This document shows, in pieces, positions 1 through 8,992 of a stretch of 64,000 bases of DNA. How positions within the stretch are numbered: position 1 is the stretch's first letter; every line of letters starts with the position of its first letter. The DNA is taken from NCBI GenBank assembly GCA_036796695.1, contig DAIRCK010000015.1, positions 438 through 64,437 on the forward strand, in the 5' to 3' direction. The notes beneath the pieces were generated by a model. It did no database searches. It saw only the letters and a program-made list of their open reading frames with translations, and was not told the DNA's origin. This DNA is from a bacterium. Lineage in GTDB: Bacteria; Hydrothermota; Tepidihabitantia; SM23-42; JAOAFX01. The translations under genes and the position numbers were made by a program.

Positions 1-218
1 CCTTGAGTAATTTCAAAGCTGGCCTGGCGTTGGGACAACCTTTGAAATATAAAAATCTAATTGTCATATTTAACTACGATTTTTCATAACGGCTTTGCGT
101 ATGAGCGGTGACGGAGTTTAAAGTAATCGCTCGCCAAAATACAGGAGCAATAAGGCAAAGAGCAAACCTTGACACTGCCAAAAACCTGCAATTGCTTACA
201 CACTTCGTTAGGAACAGT

Positions 219-800
219 CTATTTTTCCAATAGTTTTGTTTGAATTTTATCAATCGTCGTTTCAAGTTTATCAAGATTAATGCTATAAGTTTTAGCGCCT
301 GATTTTCTGAGCTGTTCAATATATGAAACAATTCCATTATACCCATCTTCCATTTCCTTTATTTCATCTTTAAAATCATTTCTAAGCTGAACTTGTGAAC
401 CAAGTTTTATTAAAAGCTCAGGTATTTTATCAAATAATTGTTGGTTCAGTTTCTTTTCACTACCCATGTTATTCTTTCTTCTAAGAATTGCTATTTTTAA
501 AGAAGTGGCTATCTGGTATGCTTCAACTTTGCTATTAATTAAGGTCTTTTCAAGTTCATATTTAATATTTAATTCGTTCTTATAATCTTCAATTTTTTTC
601 AAATATTCTAATTTTACCGATTCAACTTTCTGTGTTAGAAGTTCAATATCTTTCCTCGTCGCATTTATTTCGCTTCGCACTTTTACATAAGTTGTCAAAT
701 AAATTATAATTGAGGCTAAAAAAACTTTTAACAAAAAGATAATTATACTTAAAAGACTGACATGTTTCAACTTTGTTATTAAATCTTGAATCAGTTTCAT
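219..800 (-). CDS. hypothetical membrane-anchored coiled-coil protein (193 aa)
   Basis: ATG start at 800 (rc cat 798-800). Hydrophobic N-terminus, then heptad-rich K/E/L sequence. No recognisable catalytic motif. Confidence 0.45.
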   Translation of the reverse strand: MKLIQDLITKLKHVSLLSIIIFLLKVFLASIIIYLTTYVKVRSEINATRKDIELLTQKVESVKLEYLKKIEDYKNELNIKYELEKTLINSKVEAYQIATSLKIAILRRKNNMGSEKKLNQQLFDKIPELLIKLGSQVQLRNDFKDEIKEMEDGYNGIVSYIEQLRKSGAKTYSINLDKLETTIDKIQTKLLEK

Positions 801-840
801 AGTGCTATATTTATTTTAATAATTAGTAGGAATAATGTTT

Positions 841-1014
841 GCGGATAAAGTAAGATACCAAAACGAAGCGTAGGCAATTTGGGTGAGGCTGTGCAAAAGC
901 CGAACCGTTTATCCGCTGTTATGTGCCCCGAGCCGATAGGCGAGAGTGCAACGTGGCAAGGAAGCCGAAGGCTTCCGCAGAGTTCGAAAACCTGCCGTAA
1001 ATTATGTTGTTGCC
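841..1014. repeat. composite structured repeat, copy 1. Module A is a hairpin GCGGATAAA..TTTATCCGCTGTTA with a GGCAATTTGGG loop core. Module B is TTCGAAAACCTGCCGTAAATT..GTTGTTGCC.
   Basis: A 9-bp stem at 841-849/908-916 encloses a loop containing ggcaatttgggtgaggc. Module B at 984-1014 is the reverse complement of 3541-3599. The palindrome ggaagccgaaggcttcc lies between the two modules. Confidence 0.5.
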
Positions 1015-1066
1015 GTAGTTTTTTCTTACTTTCAGTCATCTCATTTTCTCCGTAAGGGCGGGGACT

Positions 1067-2224
1067 TTAATAAATTATTTCTTGAAAAATAAGATTATTA
1101 TCTTCTAACTCATACTCAATATATTTTATAGGCATACAACGATTGTTCTTCTTATTGAATTGTTTGAAACTATCTATAATTCTTGTATAGTTTTCTGATG
1201 TTTTGTTGGATATTTTTTTAGAAATTAAGACCGGCTGTACATCGCTTATTCTATTAGGGATATAATATTGCTCTAACCAATCAACATATCTTTGAATTTG
1301 AATTACATTTTCAGTACTTGCTTCAACGGATTTTAGTTCAATAGGTAATATAATTTTGATATTTCCATTAACCAAAGAAAGCATTACATCTATTCTTTGC
1401 ATTCCTACACCACAAGAAACTTCATTGCCCAGCCATTCGAAACTCAAACCATTAAGCAAACTATTATCCAAACTTTTATTAGTTCCTCTACCAATATTTT
1501 GGACAATATACGCCTGTAAATGAGTTTCAAAAGCTCTATTATCTTTATATTTTTTAATTAATCTCGGAAGAATGTTTATTTTTTCTTTTCTCCCTGAATA
1601 ATTGTGTGTAGTATTGTCCTGATTTATTTCTTGAGTTTGGGCATTAAAAGTAAATTTATCCCCTGAAAGTGTTTGGCGATTATTTTTATCTCTCAACAAT
1701 TTAAAAAGTCTTTCGCTTTCATATATTGTAATCATCGTATTGCCACGATTACCTTTGAGTTTTCTATAAATTAAACTCCAAAGCATTTGATTGGGTGATT
1801 GAATATATTTAATTTCATCTAATGCTTCCCATTCGGTAACACCTTTTGGGTAAACTTCAAAAGGTTCAATTAAAGTTCTGAATGTTAAAGACTTCTTTAG
1901 TTCTTGTTTTAAGAATTGATGTGAGTCGTTGTTGTCCAAAAAGGATAAATCTTCTTTAGCTTTAAAAATTCCATAGAATTTACCCTCCCAAACTTTTTTG
2001 GAGTAATTTTGTTGGAGGTAAAAAATAACAAAATCTCCCTTTCTGATTCTTTGTGAATCAGCAATCATTCCAACCAGATTATTCTCGGTTGTATGATTTA
2101 AGGATGTATCAGGATTGTTATTAAAATCAATAATGTTATCTTTTGCGCCTGTCCCTGCAAAAAGATATTCCAAATGATATTTGAATGTGGTTGTATCTAC
2201 AATAAAAACATGTGTTGTAGTCAT
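1067..2224 (-). CDS. putative restriction endonuclease: N-terminal EVE/PUA-like domain plus C-terminal PD-(D/E)xK nuclease (385 aa)
   Basis: ATG at 2224. The N-terminus has GDFVIFY..VWEGKFYGIFK, which is EVE/PUA-like. The C-terminus has RIDVMLSLVNGNIKIILPIELK, a D..ExK nuclease motif. Its start overlaps the stop of the adjacent methyltransferase (ATGA). Confidence 0.55.
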   Translation of the reverse strand: MTTTHVFIVDTTTFKYHLEYLFAGTGAKDNIIDFNNNPDTSLNHTTENNLVGMIADSQRIRKGDFVIFYLQQNYSKKVWEGKFYGIFKAKEDLSFLDNNDSHQFLKQELKKSLTFRTLIEPFEVYPKGVTEWEALDEIKYIQSPNQMLWSLIYRKLKGNRGNTMITIYESERLFKLLRDKNNRQTLSGDKFTFNAQTQEINQDNTTHNYSGRKEKINILPRLIKKYKDNRAFETHLQAYIVQNIGRGTNKSLDNSLLNGLSFEWLGNEVSCGVGMQRIDVMLSLVNGNIKIILPIELKSVEASTENVIQIQRYVDWLEQYYIPNRISDVQPVLISKKISNKTSENYTRIIDSFKQFNKKNNRCMPIKYIEYELEDNNLIFQEIIY

Positions 2225-3366
2225 TTTTTCACTTTTTTAAATAAAAATATATATTCGTGTTTGAAAATATAAAATCCACCAACCAGAGCCCTATATCTCC
2301 ATAATTCTTTCTGATTCATTTTCCCTTTGGTCTCTTCAAAATTTTTAACTATTATAGACTTTAGTATATACCCTCTTTTTAAAACTTCGTTCATAACATA
2401 AAATCCCAATGGAATCCATTCACCTTGCGAATACTTGTCTCCTATTACTACAGCAAAGTATCTATTTTTATCCAAAATATCATAAGTGTTATCTACAACT
2501 TTACCTAATAAATGTAAAAATTCATCAACACTTTTAGCGTTTGATAAATCTTTATTATTCTTACTAAATTTTATAATATCCCAATAAGGAGGATGCATTA
2601 TCAAAAATTGCACAGATTTAATATTTCTTTTTTCTAATTCCAGCTTAAAATTCAATTCTGTACTATCAGCATTGATAACTTCAATTCTAACATTAAATTT
2701 ATTTTCCTCGTTAGATATGTTTTTATTTGCTATGTCTACTACTTCTGGTGATAATTCAACGCCTACTCCATTTCTGCCTAATCTTTTGCATTCAATTAAA
2801 GTTGTTCCACTTCCAAGAAAAGGATCTAAAACCCATTCACCCTGTTTAGTGTATCTTCGTAAAAATTGGTTTGGAATTTGCGGTATAAAATTACCCCAGT
2901 AACCTGCATTGTGGGCTCCTGATTTGTCTCGTTTATCTAAAATCCATAAGCTTTCTGTCAGTATGTCACTATATTCTTTCCAACGGTTGAGATTTAAATC
3001 GTTTATTTTACTTGTTTTAATTTCTGTTAAACTTTTCTTTAAACGATTAATATAATATTTTGCTCTTTCAATTGTTTGTGCTTCTACTATTTGGTTTAAA
3101 TCTTCCAAAAGTACCTCTTTATTAACTTTCGCGGTGTCACCATTGTGAGAAATATTTAACAACCCAAAATTATCTTTTCTTGGATTTCTAATAATCTCAA
3201 TAATTTTATGTATTTCAAATTTTATTTTATTATTTTCTTGTAAATCTTCAATTTTAGATAAAAACTCTAAAAACATGTTTTGATTTATTATAGTTTCTTT
3301 TCCCCAATCTATTTTTTCATCAAAGCCACTATTAAAATTAAATAAGGTAATATTATTGTCTTTCAT
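2221..3366 (-). CDS. DNA methyltransferase (N6-adenine or N4-cytosine class), 381 aa
   Basis: Motif I VLDPFLGSGTT is followed by motif IV IMHPPYW. There is an N-terminal extra domain of about 150 aa. ATG at 3366. Confidence 0.8.
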   Translation of the reverse strand: MKDNNITLFNFNSGFDEKIDWGKETIINQNMFLEFLSKIEDLQENNKIKFEIHKIIEIIRNPRKDNFGLLNISHNGDTAKVNKEVLLEDLNQIVEAQTIERAKYYINRLKKSLTEIKTSKINDLNLNRWKEYSDILTESLWILDKRDKSGAHNAGYWGNFIPQIPNQFLRRYTKQGEWVLDPFLGSGTTLIECKRLGRNGVGVELSPEVVDIANKNISNEENKFNVRIEVINADSTELNFKLELEKRNIKSVQFLIMHPPYWDIIKFSKNNKDLSNAKSVDEFLHLLGKVVDNTYDILDKNRYFAVVIGDKYSQGEWIPLGFYVMNEVLKRGYILKSIIVKNFEETKGKMNQKELWRYRALVGGFYIFKHEYIFLFKKVKK

Positions 3367-3540
3367 ATTTAGCCACCATTATATAAAGTTAAGAGTTATC
3401 GTTATTATAAATCTTTTTGTTTTTAAGTCCATAAAAAGCCATCGCCCGTGAAAATAAGAAAAAAATTTTGTTTAACTTTCGTTAGATGAAAGTTGCATAG
3501 CAATTTCATTGTCTCTTTTCCTCCTATGAAGTTAAATGAA

Positions 3541-3670
3541 GGCAACAACAACATCATCATAATTTACGGCCTCCTTTCCGTAAAAGGCAGGTTTTCGAAT
3601 TGCACATAACGTCTTGCGGATAAAAGAGGTTGCCGAAGGCAATTTGGGCGAAGCCTTTTATCCGCTGTTA
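3541..3670. repeat. composite structured repeat, copy 2 (module B then module A)
   Basis: 3541-3599 is GGCAACAAC..AATTTACGGC..GGCAGGTTTTCGAA, inverted relative to 984-1014 and carrying two short insertions. 3616-3670 is a hairpin GCGGATAAAAG / CTTTTATCCGC with loop aggttgccgaaggcaatttgggcgaag, then CTGTTA. The orientation of A matches copy 1. Confidence 0.5.
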
Positions 3671-4164
3671 GGCGATGTGCTGCTTGAAGATTCGTGCTTA
3701 CCACTCAACCACTTCCTCAACACCTCTGCCTTCTCTATCCTACCCAGCTTCAGATATGCCTGATATTCATATTCTAAAGAAAGTACGGGTACTTGTATTC
3801 CCTCCAGCTCTATAACCCGTTTGTGTCGCTCCAAATCCACAGGGTTCTCCCAACTTCCATCCTCAAGCCGCTTCTGAATGTCTCCCATAATTTCTACCTT
3901 GATTCCATCAATAATCAGTTCACCAAAGTGCGAGCGGATTCTCTCTGTGGAGAAGAATTTAACCCTTTTGGTCACAAACTCGGAAAAGAGGCGATCAATC
4001 TCATAGGCTCCCTCCCGGTCAGTTTGGATGTCAATGTCATTAGATTCGACAGGCACACCTTGAAGTGCAAAACCGAGGCTGCCTGTGACTACCCAATTCA
4101 CGTTCCTGTCGTTCAGTCGAGCATATATCTTTCGAAGGATGTTAAGGTAGACTGGCTCAATCAT
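3658..4164 (-). CDS. minimal nucleotidyltransferase (Pol-beta superfamily), paralog 1 of 3
   Basis: Has WVVTGSLGFALQG..NDIDIQTD (hG[GS]..DhD). The track ORF runs to 4269 with a GTG start and would translate through palindromic DNA. An internal ATG at 4164 with RBS AGGTGA is the preferred start. The C-terminus overlaps repeat copy 2. Confidence 0.55.
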   Translation of the reverse strand: MIEPVYLNILRKIYARLNDRNVNWVVTGSLGFALQGVPVESNDIDIQTDREGAYEIDRLFSEFVTKRVKFFSTERIRSHFGELIIDGIKVEIMGDIQKRLEDGSWENPVDLERHKRVIELEGIQVPVLSLEYEYQAYLKLGRIEKAEVLRKWLSGKHESSSSTSPNSG

Positions 4165-4303
4165 TCTCTCACCTCTGGTAGCATTTCGCCTAACTCGTTC
4201 ATATCCGAACCTGGTTCGGATATCCTTCCAAAATTGGTGGTATAGACGAACTTGGTTCGGATATACCACCCTCTAACTGAACTTTTGTTTGAAATAATGT
4301 TCC

Positions 4304-5416
4304 TCATGTTTTGTCCCCCTGTTTTTGTTTTAAATCCAGATTGTCCAACGGACTGTTAAATTTACCAATCTGCTTTGTACTAACATGAGTATAAACTTCA
4401 GTGGTTTTGCTACTTTTGTGCCCAAGTATCTCCTTAATATACCTTAAATCTACACCACTCTCCAAAAGATGTGTGGCAAAACTATGGCGCAGGCTATGAA
4501 CTGTTGCCTTTTTTAAAATTTTTGCAGACTCACAGGCATTAGAAAATATCTTTTCAACAGTCCGTGTTGTTATATGCTTTTCTTTTTCTTGTCCTAAAAA
4601 TAACCACTTTCTTGGTCTATATTCCTGCCAGTATTCTCTCAACACCTCCAATGCGGTCTTTGAAAGCATCGTATACCTATCTTTCCGTCCCTTTGACCCT
4701 TTTATGTGTATCAACATCCTTTTACTATCAATATCTTCAGGTCTCAATTTTACTACCTCTCCAACTCTTAATCCAGCAGAGTATACCAGCATAAGAATTG
4801 CCTTGTGTTTGATATTATCCATCGAATCAAGAATTTTTGCAACTTCTTCCTTGCTTAAAACTACAGGAAGTTTTTTATCCTTGCGGGGTCTTTTGACTTC
4901 ATAAACAAATTTCTTTTTTAACATTGTGCCATAGTAAAACTTCAGAGCGTTAATTGCCTGATTTAAAGTAGAGGTTGATGCTTCTTTCTTTTCCGATAAA
5001 TAGACCAGATACTCTTTTATGTCATTATCAGTTATTTCTAATGGGTTTTTGCGAGTAAAATTCCGAAAATCTCTATTGAAGTAAATATAGGCTTTAACGG
5101 TCTTATAACTGTATTTTCTTGAAAGAAGTTCTCTACGGAGGTCTTCAAATTCCCCCTCACCCTTACCCTCTCCCACAAGGGGCGAGGGAAATTCTTTAGT
5201 CTGTAATGCAGGGTCTATGTAGACTTTTTCACCTTCAAAGACCTCCAAAATTTTCTCCAGCGTTCCATTAGAGTTTGGAAAACCCCAATATTTTCCTCCA
5301 GGATGCCATCTGTGCCCTTCTATTGTCCTTATTTTTTCCACAAATTGAGGATTATATGAAAAAGAAACCATTAAATTATTTTCTCTGTCTTTTAGGATTT
5401 TAATTTTCAAATACAT
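4304..5416 (-). CDS. tyrosine site-specific recombinase/integrase (XerC/D-phage integrase family), 370 aa
   Basis: C-terminal HSLRHSFATHLLESGVDLRYIKEILGHKSSKTTEVYTHV gives the R..H..R..Y catalytic tetrad. A SAM-like core-binding domain is present. The N-terminal extension of about 90 aa resembles an arm-type DNA-binding domain. Confidence 0.85.
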   Translation of the reverse strand: MYLKIKILKDRENNLMVSFSYNPQFVEKIRTIEGHRWHPGGKYWGFPNSNGTLEKILEVFEGEKVYIDPALQTKEFPSPLVGEGKGEGEFEDLRRELLSRKYSYKTVKAYIYFNRDFRNFTRKNPLEITDNDIKEYLVYLSEKKEASTSTLNQAINALKFYYGTMLKKKFVYEVKRPRKDKKLPVVLSKEEVAKILDSMDNIKHKAILMLVYSAGLRVGEVVKLRPEDIDSKRMLIHIKGSKGRKDRYTMLSKTALEVLREYWQEYRPRKWLFLGQEKEKHITTRTVEKIFSNACESAKILKKATVHSLRHSFATHLLESGVDLRYIKEILGHKSSKTTEVYTHVSTKQIGKFNSPLDNLDLKQKQGDKT

Positions 5417-5581
5417 AATTTTATTTTATACATTTTTAGTTAAAAGTCAAGGAGAATTTTATTAAATATTCCAGCACAAAAAACACCGTTTGTCAATTAA
5501 CCGAACTTTGTTTAATTCTTATTATTTATACCAATTTTGATACCTTTCTTTGATTTTGAAAGAGAACTTATCTCTGAACTG

Positions 5582-5621
5582 GGAGCACGGTGAAAATTTT
5601 TTCGCGGTTGGAAACCGCTCC
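5582..5621. other. conserved nested hairpin motif, copy 1: GGAGCAC..TCGCGGTT-GGA-AACCGCTCC
   Basis: Nearly identical to 15614-15657. Inner stem is GCGGTT/AACCGC and outer stem is GGAGC/GCTCC. Lies upstream of the integrase and downstream of the 5758-6234 gene. Confidence 0.4.
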
Positions 5622-5757
5622 TAAAGAATTATGTACAATAAAGTGCACCATTTTCGAGCGTCTAAATAAGGAAATTCTTCGTCCGCTAAACTGTGGCGGA
5701 TTCGGATTTGGAATTTGTATAAAAATTTCTTAAAGTCTAATACCTGAACATACTTAT

Positions 5758-6234
5758 TTAAATCTGTGATTTCAGGTATTTTAAATCTTCCAAATCCTTT
5801 GGCCTTTTAAGTATTTCTTTATTCTGGATTAATTCGTTCAGCCCAATATAAAAAATTTCAATGACCTGCTTTTTTACTTTTATCTTCTCAATTTTCTTAT
5901 TTCGCCATGCATCAGAAAAATTTACACCGGTGATTTTGTTCATAAGGTCAATTCTGTTTGGCGGAACACCAAACTGGATTATAATGCCTGGTTCTGCCAA
6001 TTCTTCTTTTCTTTCAATCCCTGGTATCTTTCCTTCCCAAAATTCATTTATGGCTTTAAATAAACAATCAATATTTTCAGGAGTATTCTCAAAAAAGAGA
6101 TCAATATCACCTGTCAGGCGGGCATATCCATAATGAATAACAGCCTCACCTCCGACAATCAGATACTTCACAGAGAATTTGTAAAGAAGATGAAGAAATT
6201 CTAATATATCCTTTGAGAAGTTGCTGACTTTCAT
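5758..6234 (-). CDS. minimal nucleotidyltransferase, paralog 2 (158 aa)
   Basis: Has IVGGEAVIHYGYARLTGDIDLF, the G[GS]..D.D NTase motif. The C-terminus KILKRPKDLEDLKYLK is shared with the other paralogs. Its start overlaps the stop of the upstream small ORF (ATGA). Confidence 0.6.
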   Translation of the reverse strand: MKVSNFSKDILEFLHLLYKFSVKYLIVGGEAVIHYGYARLTGDIDLFFENTPENIDCLFKAINEFWEGKIPGIERKEELAEPGIIIQFGVPPNRIDLMNKITGVNFSDAWRNKKIEKIKVKKQVIEIFYIGLNELIQNKEILKRPKDLEDLKYLKSQI

Positions 6235-6425
6235 TTTTCATTCTGAATGCGTTTTTTAGAAAAAACTCTACTTTCTCTAACATCAGGTCTCTTTCTACCA
6301 TACACCCTGATTTTAATTAGGTATGCAATCTTTTGCCTTTGCTCTGGTGTTAGCGCTCTATGTTGCATTATGTCATATTCTTCTGCGTCTTTAAAATCTT
6401 TTGCCTTATGAACAATTCTTTTCAT
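6231..6425 (-). CDS. small basic partner protein of NTase paralog 2 (64 aa)
   Basis: Translationally coupled to the NTase. Its tail IRVYGRKRPDVRESRVFSKK is homologous to the tail of the 17326-17571 partner. Confidence 0.45.
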   Translation of the reverse strand: MKRIVHKAKDFKDAEEYDIMQHRALTPEQRQKIAYLIKIRVYGRKRPDVRESRVFSKKRIQNEK

Positions 6426-6431
6426 AATTTC

Positions 6432-7976
6432 TCAAAATATCTTCTGTTCTTTGTATTCGCCGTAGACTTTTTTAAGTTCAGTGGTTATTTCACCGACTGT
6501 AGCATAAGCCTTTACACAGTCAAGAATATAAAGCATTAAGTTTTCTCCGCTCTCGGCTGCAGATTTCAAACGAGCAAGCATCTCTCTAACACGATTATTA
6601 TCACGCTCATTCAAAATCTTTTTTAGCCTTCTCAATTGTTTCTGAACAACCTTTGGATTCACCTTCAAAATTTTTTGTTTACTCTCTTCTCCACTTTTGA
6701 ATTTATTTACACCAAGGATACTAATCTCACCACTCTCTACCTTCTTCTGATACTCATACGCACTCTTGTGTATCTCTTTTTGGAAATAACCCTGTTCAAT
6801 TGCCTTTATTGCACCACCCATATTCTCAATCCTTTCAAGGTACTCATTTACTTCGTTTTCAATTTTATTGGTCATCGCTTCAATCGCATAAGAGCCTCCA
6901 AAGGGGTCAATTATCTCAGGAATACCTGTCTCATAACCAATAACCTGCTGGGTTCTTAAAGCAAGTTTTACTGATTCTTCAGTTGGCAGACCAAGTGCCT
7001 CATCATAAGAATTTGTATGGAGGGATTGGGTTCCACCAAAGACTGCAGCAAGTGCCTGATATGCAACCCTGATTGCATTATTCAATGGCTCCTGGGCAGT
7101 TAAAGTGCATCCTGCGGTCTGGGTATGGAATCTCAACATCCAGGACTTAGGATTCTTTGCATTAAATTTATCTTTCATTATCCTTGCCCAGAGTCTCCTT
7201 GCAGAACGGAACTTTGCAACCTCCTCAAGGAAGTTGTTATGGCAATTAAAGAAGAAGGAAAGCCTCGGTGCAAAAGAATCTACATCCATCCCCCTTTTAA
7301 TTGCCTCTGAAACATAGGTGATTGCATTAGCAAATGTGAAGGCAATTTCCTGAACCGCAGTTGCGCCTGCCTCACGAATATGATAACCGCTGATTGAGAT
7401 TGTATTCCATTTTGGTAGATTTTTACTACAGTATTCAATCAAATCTATCGTCAATTTCATTGATGGTTCAGGTGGAAAAATATATGTTCCACGCGCAATA
7501 TACTCTTTTAAAATATCATTCTGGACCGTGCCTTCGAGGACTGCCGGAGACACACTCTGTTTTTCTGCAACTGCAACATACATACATAGGATTATTGAGG
7601 CAGTTGCATTTATCGTCATTGAAGTGCTCACTTTATCGAGTGGTATACCATTGAATAGAATCTCCATATCAGCAAGTGTATCAATTGCCACACCGGTCTT
7701 ACCCACTTCACCTAAAGCCATTGGGTCTGATGAATCATAGCCCATCTGGGTTGGTAGGTCAAATGCTACAGAGAGACCAGTCTGACCATGCTGAAGTAGA
7801 TACTTGTATCGTTTATTGGATTCTTCAGCAGTTCCATAACCTGCATACTGGCGCATCGTCCATAATCTTCCCTTATACATCGTGGAATAAATCCCACGGG
7901 TATATGGGTATTCGCCGGGATTACCTAAATCCCGGTTGTAATCAAAATTAATTAAGTCATCAGGTTTGTATAACAT
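6432..7976 (-). CDS. methylmalonyl-CoA mutase-type large subunit, catalytic (beta/alpha)8 domain only (514 aa)
   Basis: Strong acyl-CoA mutase similarity ([25 protein letters not shown]). Carries the MCM-specific Tyr (RQYAG) and Arg ([12 protein letters not shown]). No fused B12 domain. ATG at 7976. Confidence 0.85.
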   Translation of the reverse strand: MLYKPDDLINFDYNRDLGNPGEYPYTRGIYSTMYKGRLWTMRQYAGYGTAEESNKRYKYLLQHGQTGLSVAFDLPTQMGYDSSDPMALGEVGKTGVAIDTLADMEILFNGIPLDKVSTSMTINATASIILCMYVAVAEKQSVSPAVLEGTVQNDILKEYIARGTYIFPPEPSMKLTIDLIEYCSKNLPKWNTISISGYHIREAGATAVQEIAFTFANAITYVSEAIKRGMDVDSFAPRLSFFFNCHNNFLEEVAKFRSARRLWARIMKDKFNAKNPKSWMLRFHTQTAGCTLTAQEPLNNAIRVAYQALAAVFGGTQSLHTNSYDEALGLPTEESVKLALRTQQVIGYETGIPEIIDPFGGSYAIEAMTNKIENEVNEYLERIENMGGAIKAIEQGYFQKEIHKSAYEYQKKVESGEISILGVNKFKSGEESKQKILKVNPKVVQKQLRRLKKILNERDNNRVREMLARLKSAAESGENLMLYILDCVKAYATVGEITTELKKVYGEYKEQKIF

Positions 7977-8121
7977 AATTTCCTATTAAATTCTAAATTC
8001 TAATCTCTAAATCCTAAACAAATTCTAATTTTCAATGTTACAAATCCAAAATAATCTTTAGGACATTAGAATTTGTAAGAAAATTCTTCAGCATTTTATG
8101 CAATATGTGACGCAGAATTTA

Positions 8122-8613
8122 TTACTCTATTACTATCAGTGTATCTTTACTATTAACGGTCTGTCCTTTTTGCACCATTATCTTTTTCACAATACCGTCT
8201 CTTGGTGACTTGAATTCATTCTGCATCTTCATCGCCTCAATTATCAAAAGCCCCTGGCCTTTTTTGACGCTGTCGCCTTCTTTTACTTCAACCTCTATGA
8301 CCAGACCCGGCATAGGTGCAGTGACGATCGCCTCTTTCTTATGTGTTACTTCTGTTCCAGATTTTAATACCTTTGCAACCTGCTCATCAATAACTTCAAA
8401 ATTGTAGAGTTCACCATTTATATTAAACGTGTCATCAGAATCAAGGAATATCTGATATGGTTTATTATCAATTATCAGTGTGATTTTATCTTTATCAGAT
8501 TGTGCAACTTCAACCCGGAATTCCCTTCCATCAAGCAGGACTTTAAAAATATTTCCTGCTTTTGCTATATCAGCTTTGAATTCTTTATCTTCAATTTTTA
8601 TGATATAGGACAT
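8122..8613 (-). CDS. biotin carboxyl carrier / biotinyl-domain protein (163 aa)
   Basis: C-terminal biotinyl domain has the EAMKM biotinylation motif. Confidence 0.8.
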   Translation of the reverse strand: MSYIIKIEDKEFKADIAKAGNIFKVLLDGREFRVEVAQSDKDKITLIIDNKPYQIFLDSDDTFNINGELYNFEVIDEQVAKVLKSGTEVTHKKEAIVTAPMPGLVIEVEVKEGDSVKKGQGLLIIEAMKMQNEFKSPRDGIVKKIMVQKGQTVNSKDTLIVIE

Positions 8614-8743
8614 AGTTAAACACCTAACCTGGATTATTCATACTGTTTTTGGCTAAATTCGCTCAAATGCAGTGCCAGAGCGGGTTTGCGGTATTTTTTG
8701 ATAAAAAATAAACTCCACACATTGTTTTTTCTTTGCCATTGCG

Positions 8744-8840
8744 AGCCCTCGCCCATTATCAATGGGCGGGGCGAAACAATCCGACTTCGTCGTATCAGAG
8801 ATTACCACGCCCACGCCTTCGGCGTATGCTCGCAATGACA
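8744..8840. other. GC-rich structured intergenic element between accC and the BCCP gene
   Basis: A 10-bp outer inverted repeat (CATTGCGAGC / GCTCGCAATG) encloses hairpins CGCCCATTATCAATGGGCG and ACGCCTTCGGCGT. Local GC content is far above that of the surroundings. Confidence 0.35.
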
Positions 8841-8963
8841 TTGAGTATGAATAATGCAGACTAAATACTAAAATGCCTAGCCGAGTAAACTCGGCCACTA
8901 CATTAAATGAACCATCATTCGTCCGAATAAATTTGGACGCTACATTCATAGTAGAGATTATTA

Positions 8964-8992
8964 TGTGCGATAAATCGCACCGCTACATTTTT
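8964..8992. repeat. ATAAAT-loop hairpin motif, copy 1: TGTGCGATAAATCGCACCGCTACATTTTT
   Basis: Aligns with copies at 12081, 25851 and 26986. The palindromic arms covary around a fixed ATAAAT centre. Abuts the accC stop codon. Confidence 0.5.

Noticed and set aside
1-218. Possible gene or RNA at the window start, including ORF 74-346
   Set aside because: The 90-aa ORF overlaps the 3' end of the 219-800 gene on the same strand in another frame. It has no motifs. The region may be the 3' flank of the island, but there is nothing I can support.
797-1039. 80-aa ORF on the minus strand
   Set aside because: It lies entirely within structured repeat copy 1 (hairpins and palindromes). It has no coding-like composition and no RBS. 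It is an artefact of the repeat.
841-3670. Interpretation of the two composite repeats as integron attC sites with the adjacent recombinase as IntI
   Set aside because: No GTTRRRY/RYYYAAC core pairs are present. The recombinase lacks the extra IntI-specific segment between patch III and box II. The cassette carries two genes with their own translational signals.
2672-4245. Plus-strand ORFs 2672-2902 and 3793-4245 inside minus-strand genes (and many similar antisense ORFs throughout the window)
   Set aside because: They are antisense to well-supported genes (methyltransferase, nucleotidyltransferase, carboxylases, mutases). They have low-complexity translations with no motifs.
8653-8949. 98-aa ORF between accC and the BCCP gene
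   Set aside because: It covers the GC-rich multi-stem element and a cluster of short hairpins. Its translation is low-complexity. A non-coding element is the more plausible reading.
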